Source: Alloascoidea hylecoeti
Taxonomy: Eukaryota
DNA length: 64,000 bases
Direction of reading: 5' to 3'
Assembly (NCBI GenBank): GCA_001600815.1
Contig: BCKZ01000016.1
Location: 113,077-177,076, forward strand
The position numbers were made by a program, and so were the translations under genes. Shown here piece by piece: positions 34,793-47,700 of this stretch. The first letter of the stretch is position 1. The number at the start of each line of letters is the position of its first letter. The notes under the pieces are model-generated. The model did not search any database, was not told where the DNA came from, and saw nothing but the letters and a program-made list of their open reading frames with translations.

Positions 34793-35615
34793 CCGGGTGT
34801 AGATTAAGCTTTTTTTACGGGCCATTACCCTAAATAAAAAGAATACCAAGAGTTTGACCTGTCCCTGAATACATTACAAAGCCTTAACCTGTTCTTAAAA
34901 TAGTACATGATAGATACTTAAGATTATATTAGTGTATATCAAATAACACCTTAACCCTATAAGGCACTCTACGAGTCATGGAGTCAATAAGATATCGATT
35001 ATCAATATCCAATATCTTGAAGACGCAAACTTTACATACCGTGTAGAAGGTTCATAATCCTAATTATTGTCCCGTGAAGAACTCTTTTGAGGAGATTCCA
35101 AATGCACTCAAGTGGATTCAGGCCCAGTGAAAAAGGAAGGGGGTCACTTTATATCCAACATTTACTTCTTTGTCATAGAACCAATTCATCGCAATTCCAG
35201 CTTTATGGATAGGTATGATATCCTACTTGAATGTGAGACCCTTGGAGATCTCATTAAATGCATCTTTCAGAAATTCTATGTAGAAATGTGCCATGGCTCT
35301 TTTTACCGCTATTAGCATCCCCAACTCCGGATCCTCTGTATAGTGAAGCACAACCTCTTTTCCAACTTTCAGTCCATATTATAAGTCTTACAAGGGGCCG
35401 ATACTTCCTTTTGCTATAAATGTTCAAAGCCCCGGCGTGACTGATGCCTAGCATAGATCTATACTTTTCCAGATCCGGATCCTGTAACACCATCCCAAAC
35501 GTCCTGAGATCAGTCCAATTTAAGCTTAGAACATATCATTCTGTTCCGTTGGTTCATCTTATTTGGAAAAGGAATTTTACATGCCGAAAATAACATATTC
35601 ATATTTTTCAGAATT
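34793..35615. mobile_element. TIR element family A copy 3, interrupted by an insertion, right end not found
   Basis: Left CCGGGTGTAGATTAAGC. CACTCTACGAG.CATGGAGT is shared with 18242; ATACTTT..GGATCCTGTA and TGCCGA.AAT blocks are shared with the other copies. Confidence 0.5.
35070..35300 (-). mobile_element. Tc1/mariner (DD34E-like) transposase relic nested in family A copy 3
   Basis: TFK*DIIPIHKAGIAMNWF (35234-35178; cf. FQQDNAPxH), then *PP and SLGLNPLECIWNLLKR (35130-35083; cf. WPxxSPDLNPIExxWxxLK), with frameshifts. Confidence 0.72.
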
Positions 35616-36067
35616 ACGTGGTCTTTGATATTCTAATGTTGAACTTTGAATCCAGCTCCTCAAACGTATTGAAGAGGGAAAAATCCTCGGAATTTGGTTT
35701 ATTACACTTTCATTAAGTTCTGTAGACTTTCTTGTTGAAGGAGGTGTTACTCCAAAAGAGTTGTTGGTAAACTTTTTCACTGCGAAGTGTACAATTGAGG
35801 GATTAATATTAAACCTTCTGCCTATTCTAGCAATTTATAATTAGAAGTCATATATTTACTCAAATTAGAGATTTCAATCAGTTTAGTTAGGTGCAATTTC
35901 TTTATATAATTAAAATTACGTGAAAGTCGAGTTTAGCATAATTATATAGAAGCCATTGTATGGTATCTTTAAAAGATGTTTTGTTTTTTGTTTTTAGGAT
36001 GCATCTGGTAAAAAAAAAGAAAAGTACGAAAAGTAAAGTTTGACCTGTGCCGCCACTAATGCTTTCA

Positions 36068-36691
36068 CCAGGACGCAAATTAAACTTATGCCTTTTTTTT
36101 CAGTTACCATTTCAAGTAAAAATGTCAAATTTATAACTGATTCCTGACTATTCTAGAAGGCTTTAAACTGTTTTTGTAACTGCTCGTAAAGTCTAGACAC
36201 TACATTAGTCTATATAAAATGATATTTTAAGTTTAGTAGATCAAGATTTTTAGTGTTAGCGCTTTTAACGTCACACACGGCTGTCACCCTTATTAGGTTT
36301 GGAGGCATGGATGGAGTACTTCAAAAACCACTCTACAAGGAACAACCACATTTCCAAATTCTAGACTATTCCATAAACAGACGCCCTGGCATCCTTATTT
36401 TATAGATCAAGGTGCAAAGTCCGGGCTTGAGTGTTGTCGAGGATCTACTTTTCAGGGCCGGATACTATAACGACAAAACATTAATTCGTTACTGAATACA
36501 ACACCATCTCAAATGTTCTGCGACAACTCCAATATAACTTCAAACTATAGCAATCTATCTCTTTGGCGCTTACTATCCAGAAAAGGTTTTTTAGGTGCCG
36601 AGAATATTCTATATCTGTATCCATATTTTTTTAGAATGGTTCTTAGGGTGGGTGTTTTGGAGTGGTGCTCTCAAAAAAGGTTTAATCTTGC
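36068..36691. mobile_element. TIR element family A copy 4
   Basis: Left CCAGGACGCAAATTAAACTTATGC; right AAAAAAGGTTTAATCTTGC (reverse complement GCAAGATTAAACC). TAGGGTGGGT is shared with copy 1. Confidence 0.6.
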
Positions 36692-37671
36692 AATTGATAT
36701 ATAGAACACAAAATATTTATCGATTGAAGTTTCAATTAATATATATACAACACAAAATATCTTAAATGAGGCTCTCAAAGATAGCAATTACCTCAATTAT
36801 ATCTATCTTACCTTTTCTTATCTGTTTCTGTTCAATATGTTTCATCAACGGCCGATTACAGCTGCTTTTCTGAAAGTTTTTCAATCTTTTTCAATCATCA
36901 TCGTATGTTGCTTTCGCTAGCGCCTGTGATGTTAATACTAGGCCACTAGCCATAGTATACGTTATGCCATGTGGTAACAAGCACAATCTCCACATTCCCA
37001 GCTTTAACCTCCGCCATTAGTGCCTCCGATTTTTCAGGCTTGCTTTGAACAGATTTGAGTTAAATTTCAATTTCAGTTTCTACCTCAAGCAGCGCTCAGT
37101 TTCATGAAGTTATTCAGGTTCTAATGAGAATACAAATTACATCATTTGTTTGAAATTGCAATGGTAAAATATGTATGAAACTTTTTTTCAAATCTACCGG
37201 TAAAAAAAGAAATTTAGGATTTATGCTACGGTATGATAAATATTCGGGGTATGATTAGAGTAATTTTAACAGTTTATAATGAAATTTGAACTCAATTTTG
37301 GATCTGACACGTGCACCCACAGTGGATCTGCATGTGCGTACGTAATCATAACAAGGAAAAAGGCAATACACGTGATGTGCGGCATGCTGATTAGGTCGTG
37401 AAATTCAATATTTATGCATGAGTGCTGCCATAAACAATGGCATTTTATCGGTTTCGATGGTACTTAATCAAGAACTTAACTTTACGTGACGGTACATGCA
37501 GCACTACTGCATAACCCTGCATCTATATGTATGCTGTTGATCTTGATTTGACCCTTTTCAGCCATCTCCTCTCTAAAAACGGGAACTACTTTAGATCTGA
37601 AATTTGGACTATTTTATGCCAGCCCACATAATAATTCAACATCCTTTATCATTACTTAATATTTTGCAAAT

Positions 37672-39390
37672 ATGGGAAACGGTGGGGGTCTTTCTCTAAC
37701 TTATCAATTACAGAAGAACACTGCGATTCATACCAAACAAATGTTAAAACGTCAACTCGAGACTCCTGCTAACTCTGATCATTTGGATCAAAGTAATTAT
37801 AACTTCACGGATCAATGGAATAAGCGGATTAAAACACTTCCACTCCAGGTGCCGGAGAATAATTACAGAAAATTGACACTTTCAAGTACTAATGATTTAG
37901 ATACAATACCTTTACCTTTATCGCCACCTCTTACAAGCTCAATATCTTCTCTTACTGGAATACCAGTTACCTCCTTATTGAACGGGTCTGAATCTGATAG
38001 CCATGCATCCGTGTTGACGTGCGACTCCAAATTTGACTCGGAGTCTGTTGAAGATGCTGCCAATCTATTTAGATCTACAATTAATGATCATAACTCACTT
38101 CCAAATAAAGTCTCACATTTTCCAATATCATCATCTATTGATAATGATTCAAAAATAAACAATTACAATAACAATAATAATACATCCAAAAATGATAAAA
38201 ATGATAAAAATGATCTATTGATAAATATATGTCGACCAACTTCAATTATACCAACAATATCGAAATTATATCCTGATACTGCACCAAGAAATCATCACCT
38301 TAGAAATGAATTAAAAACATGGATTAAATCAACAAATCCTTCAATCTATAAAGATATAATGAATATTATTGGCATAGAAGATAAAAAACCAAATTTTCAA
38401 ACTTTAGAATTAAGTTCATTTGAAAAACGTCAAAAACAATTGATTGAAAAGAAACAATATGAAAATTTAAAGAATAATTCCTCTAATATTAGTAATACGG
38501 ATAGTGAATCTGAAAAAAAAGTTTATTTATCTGTTAGAGATGAAAATCATATATATTTTGACTCATTATCTAAACAAAGATTAGCAGAACGTTTAAGTCA
38601 AGTACCTAAAGAAAAAGAAAGTTTAAAGAAAAAAGTACGAGAAGATGAAAACGAACTAGAAAATATAAAGAATAAGAATAGTTTACGAGGAGATAAAAAT
38701 GAAAGTGAAATTGAAAACGAACTAGAAAATATAAAGAATAGTTTACGAAGAGATGAAAATGAATGTGAAATTGAAAACGAAAAAGTAAATGAAGATACAA
38801 ATGAAACTACATTGCAATTGATAAATATTATTACTTCACTTTCACCTATAGCTAATAGACCAAGTGGTATTCGAGTACCAGCATATGATCAATTGTTAAG
38901 AAAAGTCTTACCTACGACACCATATCCTCATCCACATTTACAATTACCATTTCAAAAAGAGCATATAAAATCTGATAAATCCGATGGGTTAATAACCAGA
39001 GTTCTACCTAAGGCTGAAGTACCCAAAGTACTTAAAATTTCTAAAGTTACCACCCAAGTAAAGTCAATTAGGAGGCATTGTATATCTTGCTTAGCAGACT
39101 CATCACCTTGTTGGAGACCAAGTTGGGACCCAGACGCAGGACAACTTTGCAATAGTTGTGGATTACGTTATAAGAAAACAGGAGCTAGATGCTTGAACGA
39201 TAGATGCTCTCGAATACCATCTAAAGGAGAATGGCTTCTAATGGAAAGTCGAGCTAGAGCAGTTGCCCAAGGTAATAGTGGACGTGTTGCATCGAGATCA
39301 GCATTAACACCAGATTCTAAATTAAATTATACCTGTTTAACTTGTGGAACAATTGTAGAAGTTAAAAAAGACTTGAATGTCTATTATTAA
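37672..39390 (+). CDS. ASH1: Ash1-type GATA-like zinc-finger transcription factor
   Basis: [46 protein letters not shown]; adjacent to SPE1 in the same orientation. Start may be 37741. Confidence 0.88.
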   Translation: MGNGGGLSLTYQLQKNTAIHTKQMLKRQLETPANSDHLDQSNYNFTDQWNKRIKTLPLQVPENNYRKLTLSSTNDLDTIPLPLSPPLTSSISSLTGIPVTSLLNGSESDSHASVLTCDSKFDSESVEDAANLFRSTINDHNSLPNKVSHFPISSSIDNDSKINNYNNNNNTSKNDKNDKNDLLINICRPTSIIPTISKLYPDTAPRNHHLRNELKTWIKSTNPSIYKDIMNIIGIEDKKPNFQTLELSSFEKRQKQLIEKKQYENLKNNSSNISNTDSESEKKVYLSVRDENHIYFDSLSKQRLAERLSQVPKEKESLKKKVREDENELENIKNKNSLRGDKNESEIENELENIKNSLRRDENECEIENEKVNEDTNETTLQLINIITSLSPIANRPSGIRVPAYDQLLRKVLPTTPYPHPHLQLPFQKEHIKSDKSDGLITRVLPKAEVPKVLKISKVTTQVKSIRRHCISCLADSSPCWRPSWDPDAGQLCNSCGLRYKKTGARCLNDRCSRIPSKGEWLLMESRARAVAQGNSGRVASRSALTPDSKLNYTCLTCGTIVEVKKDLNVYY

Positions 39391-40152
39391 CAATAACAAT
39401 ACTAGCTGGTAATGATACTAGTATGGATTGTGATGTTTACCTTTATTCTTTTTTTTCTAATTCTTTAAAATTGAATTTATTTCATTTTTTAAATATAAAT
39501 TATATCATACTTATATTTGATTTTTAACCTTTGTTTTTGTCATATTAAATTAATTCACTCATTTGCTTTTTTTATCATGTTTAAATTATATATCAGTGTA
39601 TGTTTAAGGGACTTATTTTTATTATAATATATTATTATATATATGATATCATGAGGGATTTGATAATAAACGTAATGGGGCCTGAGCGAATTATTTCACT
39701 TTGTATAGCAGTTTTGACAGATGCCTCGACATGCGGTCTCATATATACGCCGCGGTGTATATCATGGTCTGCAGTTTAAGCTAGTCGAAAGTGAAAAATA
39801 AAGCAATCGCATTTTTTTCCCTTTCTTCTTCTTTTTTTTCTTACCTCAACTTCCACTGAACAAACATTAATTGCTTAGTTTCACATAAACTGAATCTTTG
39901 TAATTAATCGCTCTGTTTCTTGTTAATCACGTCTTTTTCCTTAACGAGAGCTGCCGCCTGACTGGATCTAATTCTTATTCCTCTAGACCCGGGGAAATAA
40001 GAATCTGGATACCAAGGAGTTTATATAAAAGAAAGGATTCCTTTTTAAAAGTTATCTTTGCTTATTACTGCTTTATTGATTATTATCCCTTTTATTAAAC
40101 AAAAACATAACTTACTCTTATTTCATATTTTTTTTTTACCTCTTTTTTGAAA

Positions 40153-41580
40153 ATGACACCCTTGTTACTACAAGAAAATACTGATTTATTTGCCGTTGAG
40201 GCACATAAAAAAAATCTTCATTTAAAAGTTTTTAATGATAGTGACAAGTATGGAAGTTCTGATTCTTTAATTGCTTCATCTACCAGATACTTGAATGAAC
40301 TTAATGGTTTACCTATTGATTCAATACTTCATTCCATGGAACTTAATCAAAAAAATGCGTTGTCTTTAATTGGAGAAACATTATACAAACATGTTTCAAC
40401 CATTGATCCAAATAGTTGTGAACCTGGTTCTGAAGATTCATTCTACGCCTGTGATTTAGGAGAAGTATATCGTCAATTTGTCAAATGGAAATGCTTCCTT
40501 CCAAGAGTGACGCCCTTTTATGCTGTTAAGTGTAATCCAAACCCTAATGTTTTGTCACTATTGGCTCAATTAGGAACTGGATTCGATTGTGCGTCAAAAG
40601 CAGAAATGGATATGATTCTAAATAAGGGAATTGATCCAAATCGAATTATTTATGCCCATCCTTGTAAAATCAATTCTTATTTGAGATATGCAAATATAAA
40701 AGGAGTTCATAATATGACATTTGATAATAGTGATGAATTATTTAAAATTAAAAAATTCTTTCCAACTGCAAGATTATTTTTAAGAATTACTACTGATGAT
40801 TCAACTGCTCAATGTCAATTAAGTGTTAAATATGGTGCTGCTATTTCTGATACAAGCAATTTACTTGGTTTAGCCAAAGAACTTGATTTAAATGTTGTTG
40901 GTGTATCTTTCCATGTTGGATCTGGAGCTTCTGATTATAATGGTTGGATTAAAGCAATTGTTGATTCCCGTAAGGTTTTCAACGAAGGGAAAGAGTTGGG
41001 CTTTGATATGAGTTGTTTAGATATTGGTGGTGGATTTGTTGATGGAACTTTTGCTAAAACTTGTTCTGTTATTAGTCCATTATTGAACTCTTACTTCCCA
41101 GAAGAAGAAAATATCGCTATTATTGCTGAACCAGGTCGTTATTTTGTTTCTGGTGCTTTTACAATGGCATCTCATGTTATTGCAAAGAGACGATTTGATG
41201 ATGATAAATCTTGTATGATTTATCTTAATGATGGTGTATATGGTAATATGAATTGTATTCTATTTGATCATCAAGTTCCAGTGGCAAAAGTTCTAACCTA
41301 TAATAATCAATTTGTTTATTCAAAAGAAGTTAATCATCAACCACATTCAGAATCTGGATATACTTGTTCAATCTGGGGTCCTACTTGTGACGGTTTAGAT
41401 TGTATATCTAAAAGTTGTAAATTAACTTATCCAGTTGAGATTGGTGATTGGTTATTCTTTGAAAATATGGGTGCTTATACTTCCGCTGCAACTACTCAAT
41501 TTAATGGTTTTAATAGTGATATTGATGTTAAGTATGTATGCTCTGAATCTGAAGCTGAAAAGTTTATTAAGAACCTATGA
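40153..41580 (+). CDS. SPE1: Ornithine decarboxylase
   Basis: PFYAVKCN (PLP lysine), FHVGSG, LDIGGGF, AEPGRYF and WGPTCDGLD motifs; TATATAAAA at ~40022. Confidence 0.97.
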   Translation: MTPLLLQENTDLFAVEAHKKNLHLKVFNDSDKYGSSDSLIASSTRYLNELNGLPIDSILHSMELNQKNALSLIGETLYKHVSTIDPNSCEPGSEDSFYACDLGEVYRQFVKWKCFLPRVTPFYAVKCNPNPNVLSLLAQLGTGFDCASKAEMDMILNKGIDPNRIIYAHPCKINSYLRYANIKGVHNMTFDNSDELFKIKKFFPTARLFLRITTDDSTAQCQLSVKYGAAISDTSNLLGLAKELDLNVVGVSFHVGSGASDYNGWIKAIVDSRKVFNEGKELGFDMSCLDIGGGFVDGTFAKTCSVISPLLNSYFPEEENIAIIAEPGRYFVSGAFTMASHVIAKRRFDDDKSCMIYLNDGVYGNMNCILFDHQVPVAKVLTYNNQFVYSKEVNHQPHSESGYTCSIWGPTCDGLDCISKSCKLTYPVEIGDWLFFENMGAYTSAATTQFNGFNSDIDVKYVCSESEAEKFIKNL

Positions 41581-41906
41581 TATTTATATAATACTTGGTT
41601 TAATCTTATTATTTGATTTTGAATTATTTTTTTGTAACTTCATTATATTTGTTAATCCTATGTAAATGAAATACGGGTAGATTATAGATTTATAAATAAA
41701 TAAAATTTGTCATTGTCTTTCGCTTTGATGTTCATTTAATTTCGGTTATGCAGTGGATAAATATTTAAACTAAATTGTGTGGGTAATAAAAAATACTGTG
41801 GAACCAATAAACCGAAGATAGTCTTTATCAACGGTAGCAGAACAACATACATAGTATACATAGGTTGGGACCACCATCAAATGTGAATCGGAAGAAGAAA
41901 ACAGTA

Positions 41907-42123
41907 CAGTGGTTTCACTTAATTTCGGACATTCTGGGTACTAATTATCGGACACTCCCACAACTAATTTTCGGACGGGTTGGCAACTTAGCAACCGAAG
42001 TTGCTCCATATGATCCATATCCCTCCCTGCATATTAACGGATCATAATAGTGCTTCCAAAAATTAGTCGTGGGAGTGTCCGATAATTAGTACCCAGAATG
42101 TCCGAAATTAAGTGAAATGAATG
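41907..42123. mobile_element. Tc1/pogo-type MITE (217 bp), TA target-site duplication
   Basis: 41913-41971 and 42059-42117 form a 59-bp inverted repeat with 1 mismatch. Ends TA|CAGTGG...GAATG|TA. Repeated TAATT(W)TCGGAC motifs in the arms. Confidence 0.82.
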
Positions 42124-42497
42124 TATGTAGTCGAATAATTGGTTAAAAAGTTATCAAGTTGTATTCATCATTATGGCCTAAATAAAGTGGAATGACGTTA
42201 TAATTATTTTCAACCGGTCGTGCGGTAAAATTTACCCACATAAACTTTGGATTAAGTAATATTTCGATCAATCACATTAATTTTTTTTCTTATGAATTAG
42301 AATAAAAAGGTATTTAAAGTGGTTTAATAGTGTATAATGAATGTTTATTATTATATCATTGGTTTAATAATCAGATAGTGATCAAACACATGATTATTTT
42401 CTCCTCTTTAAAACGATTTGCATCGAGTATTCTGACATTTTAATCTTTTCCAGAACCAAAAACATTTTCTTTTTTTAAATCACATTTGGAAAAAGTG

Positions 42498-44006
42498 ATG
42501 TCTTTGCTTTTAGGTATAGGTAGGTCGAATGCACTAATCCATGGGAAGACTTTTTTATCACCGTCGCATATTACTGTAAGGTTTCTCAGTTCGTTTAGAC
42601 AAAGAAGAGATATTTCTTGTTTAATCACACGAGGGAATTCTGGTGATTTTTGCAATAGTAAAAATCATATCTTAAGACCAAATCAGTTTTATGTTCAACT
42701 TCCTTACGCTTCTGGATCGGAGTCGAAAAGAGGGTTTTGGTCTTCATCGTTTTGTTACCATAATCCACAGCCATTTGAAAACCACGCGAAAAATAAAAAT
42801 CAGGAAAATAATATTGATCCATCTCCTTGTTCTCATTCACACACACACACACATGTACACGAACACCATCATGATGATTTTCAATCGCCTTCAAATTTGA
42901 TATTTGGTCACTCTCATTCACATACAGGAATAGACACAAACCTGATAGAAGAAATTGAAAGAAGCAAAGCATGCCGTAATGTAGCCTGGTTAGGACTTTT
43001 CACCAATATAGGAATGGCAATAATGAAAGGAGCCGGTGGTATAATTTTTCATTCTCATATGTTGGTAGCTGATGCTGTTCATACATTATCTGATTGTTGT
43101 TCTGATATTTTAACATTATCAACTGTATCAATATCAAGAAGACCAAAATCTGATTTATTCCCAAATGGTTATGGTAAAATAGAATCTTTAGGTGCCATTT
43201 GTATATCTGGGATATTAATAGCTGCTGGTGTAGGAATTGGACTGAGTAGTTTAACATCAGGCCTTGAACCATTTATACCACATGGTTTATTTGAAGTTTT
43301 CTCAAGTCTTGGGCATTCTCATTCTCATTCGCATTCTCATGTCCATATACCAGACGCTTTAGAATCTTTAGAGACTAATATTGATATCAATGCTGCTTGG
43401 GTAGCTCTTGCTTCTATGGTGCTAAAAGAAGCAGTGTTTAGGAAAACGTTAAAAGTAGCTAAAGAAAATCATTCTGGAATTCTTATAGCTAATGCTTGGC
43501 ATCATCGAGCAGATGCCCTAACAGCATCTGTTACTCTTTTAACAATATGTGGTAGTTATCATTTTGGAGCAAACTGGTTGGATGCTTTTGGTGGGTTAAT
43601 TGTATCATCATTGGTTTTAAAAGCTGGAATAATGTCTTTAAAAAGTTCATTAGGTGAAATTACTGATAAAACCTTGGAGGTTACTGATAATCGATTTAAA
43701 AAAATATCAACATCTTTAGAAGAAATTATTAATGATATTAATAAACAATATAATGATTTTTATAAAATTGAAGAACATTTAATTAATATTCAAATTAAAT
43801 CAATTAATGTTTTTGTATCTGGTCCAAATCTTATATCAAACATTACTTTAATTATTCCTAATACATTATCAACTTCATTTTCATCTTTAAATAATTTAAC
43901 AGCACATGATGTTCTTGAAATTTCAAAAGCTATAAAGCAAAAGTTACAGACTGATATTTATGGACTTAGAAATGTTACAGTGGAATTTGAATCAGAGACT
44001 AGATGA
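42498..44006 (+). CDS. MMT1: Mitochondrial cation-diffusion-facilitator metal transporter (Mmt1/Mmt2 family)
   Basis: ADAVHTLSD, FPNGYGKIESLG and ANAWHHRAD motifs, His-rich loops, presequence-like N-terminus. Confidence 0.88.
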   Translation: MSLLLGIGRSNALIHGKTFLSPSHITVRFLSSFRQRRDISCLITRGNSGDFCNSKNHILRPNQFYVQLPYASGSESKRGFWSSSFCYHNPQPFENHAKNKNQENNIDPSPCSHSHTHTHVHEHHHDDFQSPSNLIFGHSHSHTGIDTNLIEEIERSKACRNVAWLGLFTNIGMAIMKGAGGIIFHSHMLVADAVHTLSDCCSDILTLSTVSISRRPKSDLFPNGYGKIESLGAICISGILIAAGVGIGLSSLTSGLEPFIPHGLFEVFSSLGHSHSHSHSHVHIPDALESLETNIDINAAWVALASMVLKEAVFRKTLKVAKENHSGILIANAWHHRADALTASVTLLTICGSYHFGANWLDAFGGLIVSSLVLKAGIMSLKSSLGEITDKTLEVTDNRFKKISTSLEEIINDINKQYNDFYKIEEHLINIQIKSINVFVSGPNLISNITLIIPNTLSTSFSSLNNLTAHDVLEISKAIKQKLQTDIYGLRNVTVEFESETR

Positions 44007-44743
44007 TAAATGACGATCTTATTAATCATCGATTTTTTGATAATATTTATTATAAAATACTTGACTATAAATAATGAAATCATTACGTTTATTACTTATT
44101 GCAATTGTTATATATATTTAAAGAATTAGATAACTATAGATAATATAAACAGTACTATAATGTTTTTTTCTTTTCATCTTTTACCTTCAAAAAACTGAGT
44201 TTCTAGGGTGACATGTTATTTCGTTAGATGGCTTCATCTATTTTCGTCAGATGCTAGATCTTTATTTCGTTCTCCAATCGGGATTTGTGTAAATATCGAT
44301 TCACGATTAATATTGTGTAGAGAGTGGTATACGTAGGCCTATAGTTAGTGGCCTAAATTAAGTAGTCTTACAGTGTGTAAAAACTTCATGATCAATAATG
44401 AATCAACGATTATAATTTAGTCCCCTTGAAAGGTTAGGATTTTCTTAAGTTGGGTTTACAGTGCTTTACACCATTTAGGGATACCAGTGTTATCACAAGA
44501 ATAATTTTACAACCAAAAGCATCTAAAAATATGTTATCTCTGATATTAAATTATACTCATTCTATGTCAACAATAATAATTAAGCAAACCAATATATGTA
44601 ATATATTCAATATAACCCCGAAAAAATAAAAAAATGTACAAAAATGCGAAATTCCATTTTTATATATAAAACTATTTTGATTTTATGAAAGGAAATGAAG
44701 CAAAAGGAAAAGAATACAAAAAAAGTAAAGACAATTTCTAAAT

Positions 44744-47700
44744 TTATTCTTCATCATCAGTATCTACTGGTTTTGGTGTACCTTTTGGAGTATTCAACCA
44801 TTCGATATGACGTAATCTTCTTCTAACTTCTCTTTCCTTTAATTCTTTTCTTGTCATCTTCTTCTTCTTTGGTTTTTTCACTTTGATGTTTAATGGCGAA
44901 TCAGCATCAGTGACAGCAGAAGATTCCTCTCCGCTCGTTGCATTCTTTGAGTCTTCGAATCTATCAGATTTGACGGCAACTTTACCTTTTTGAATCATCT
45001 TACCATCAGCAACGACCCATTGTTCAGGACATAGAGCACCAACAAATTCATTGTTATGTGAAATCATAACAACACCTCCAGTCCAATCTCTAATAGCAAC
45101 AGCTAAACCACCTAAAGAATCTCTATCAAGATAATTTGTAGGTTCATCAAGCACTAATAAATGGGGTTTATTCCACATGGCACCAGCGATGACAACTTTA
45201 ACTAATTGTCCACCAGATAAACTACCTAATAATGTATGATCAGCAATATCACCATCAAGACCAACACCTTCAAAATGTTGTCTAATGACAGGAGGAGTTA
45301 ATTCTCTATAACCTAAACCTTCTCTTGACGCTTCATGATCGTCAAAGTTTTGAATTAACTTATTGAAACCATGTTCTAACAAAATTTCTCTTGAGACCCA
45401 TGAGTTATATCTTGGTAACCAATTTATCCATTTAATTTCATATTGGAATGATTTCTTTAATTTCTGTCTACCGACAATAGCTTCAATTGCTCTTGGACCT
45501 CTACCATCTTTAATATCAATTTCTTTAGCCATTTGTTCTTTCTCTTCAGCAGAGATTTTACGGGAATCTTTTAATAGAACTTCACGATCATCACCAAATT
45601 TATATCTCCATTGTAAGTATTGATTAGCTGTCTTCTCTTTATGTTGTTCAACATGTTGTAAAGCATGCTGGGCAATGTATCCAATACGTAAATTTGGATG
45701 TTTTTCGACTGTACCAGTGGTTGGCATTAATTCACCAGTTAACAATTTGATGAGTGTAGATTTACCGGCACCATTAGCACCAAGAATTGCAACTCTTGAT
45801 GATAAAGATAGAGCACAAGACACATTTGATAATGAAGGTTTCTTGCCACCTGGATAAGTAAAAGTAACATTTGACATTCTTGCAACGGCTCTTGTATTTG
45901 ATCTAACACCGGTTAAAATACCTGGTGGTGGAAAAGCCATTTTAACATTTGAATCTGTTAAAGTATAATATGATTTACCTTCTGGTTTAATTTTAACAAA
46001 TTCTGATAAATTACCTTTATAATATGCTAATTTTTTATTCTCATAATGAATAATATCGGTACAGACATTATCGAGGAAACCCGAATCGTGGGAAACGATT
46101 AAACTTGTAATTTCATCGTGTTCATTCAAATAATCTTCTAACCATTTAACGTTAGCAACATCTAAATGATTTGTAGGTTCATCTAATAAAAGAATATCTG
46201 CTTTCATTAACATTGCTCTTGCCAATTCCAATTTCATTTTCCAACCACCAGATAAAGAACCAACTAATTGAGATCTTCTTTCTTCATCAAATCCAACTTC
46301 TTCTAAAGCTTTAGCAATTTCTTCTGAAGCAACACCAGCTAATTCAGGATCAGAAGCAATGAAAGCTACAAGATTCATGTCAGCATCCGAACCTTGTAAT
46401 TTGTGTTCAACAAAACAAGTTCTAAGGACGGATTTATCAGGGAAATTATCAACTTTTCCTTCGGCAATTGATCTCATAAGAGTTGATTTACCAGCACCAT
46501 TTCTACCACATAAACCATATCTATGACCTTTTAATAATCTTAGAGTTGTCTTATTTAATAACATTCTGGTACCATAAGCTAAAGAGAAATCAGTATTAAC
46601 AATGACAATTCCATTATCATCAGTTGTTTTAATTGCATCAGGTGTTAAATATTCTCTTAGTTTAAAGACGATTTTATCAGAAAATTCGGTAGAATAACCA
46701 ATTTGAATCAATTGTTCTTTTAATCTGGTCCAGTCACTAACATTTGCATCAGATATTATAATTTCTGTAACATAATTTAAAATTGTTTTATCATCAGCAA
46801 ATTTTTCATCCTTAATTAATGGTAAAATATCATCAATATCAACCTTATATTTGGATGCATTTAAGTCATTTTCAGCATTTTCTAAAACACTTAAGGCCTT
46901 TGAGGCTAAATCACGCACCTCAGGTAGAGCAGCAGTTGCAACAACTTTTTTAATACCAGGCATAAGAATTGGAATAAAAGGTTTAATTTCCCTGTAATCA
47001 TTAACTAAACGAGTTAAATTCTCCGTAACCATAACAGTTTGACGTAGTTGATCTTGAGTACTAGATGATATATTTAATGATCGATCAAGAATTGGAACTA
47101 ATAGGGAAAGAGCTGGTTCTGTAACTTCAGTCACAAAAGTAACATGAGAAAATGTTTTGATACACTCATTAACCAATTTTGGATCAGAAAGTGTTTTCAC
47201 AATGATTTCGAATCTTGGGGAAAGATCATTGTTATCAAGGATTGAAACAAATTTATTTGCTGATTTGGTACCTGCTTTACTGAGTTCAGGTTTGAAATCG
47301 TGCATCATGCTTGTTAAAACAGGAACAGTATCAATAAATGTTCTTTCTAATAAATCACTAGGACAATCATCAACAATTCTATCAACGAATTTCAAAGCAG
47401 CGATTTTTCCTTGCCATTTTGCAGATGATTGGAGATATTTCAATAGGACTGGTAAGATAACTGATGGTAAAGCTTCAACAGGAAATAATTCATAAATAAT
47501 ATCAGCAGTTTGCTGAGCTATCCTTAAAACCTTTTTGTCCTTATCACCCAAAAGAGATAAAGGAATTGTTAAGGCACTTTCAAAATATGCTTCATTTGGA
47601 TAATCACCAGTGTATCTTCTTGCCAATGTTGATAATGCAACCATTGAACCTTCCTTAACAAGAGCAATATTTTTTGGTTTTGTTAATTTTTCAATTCTTT

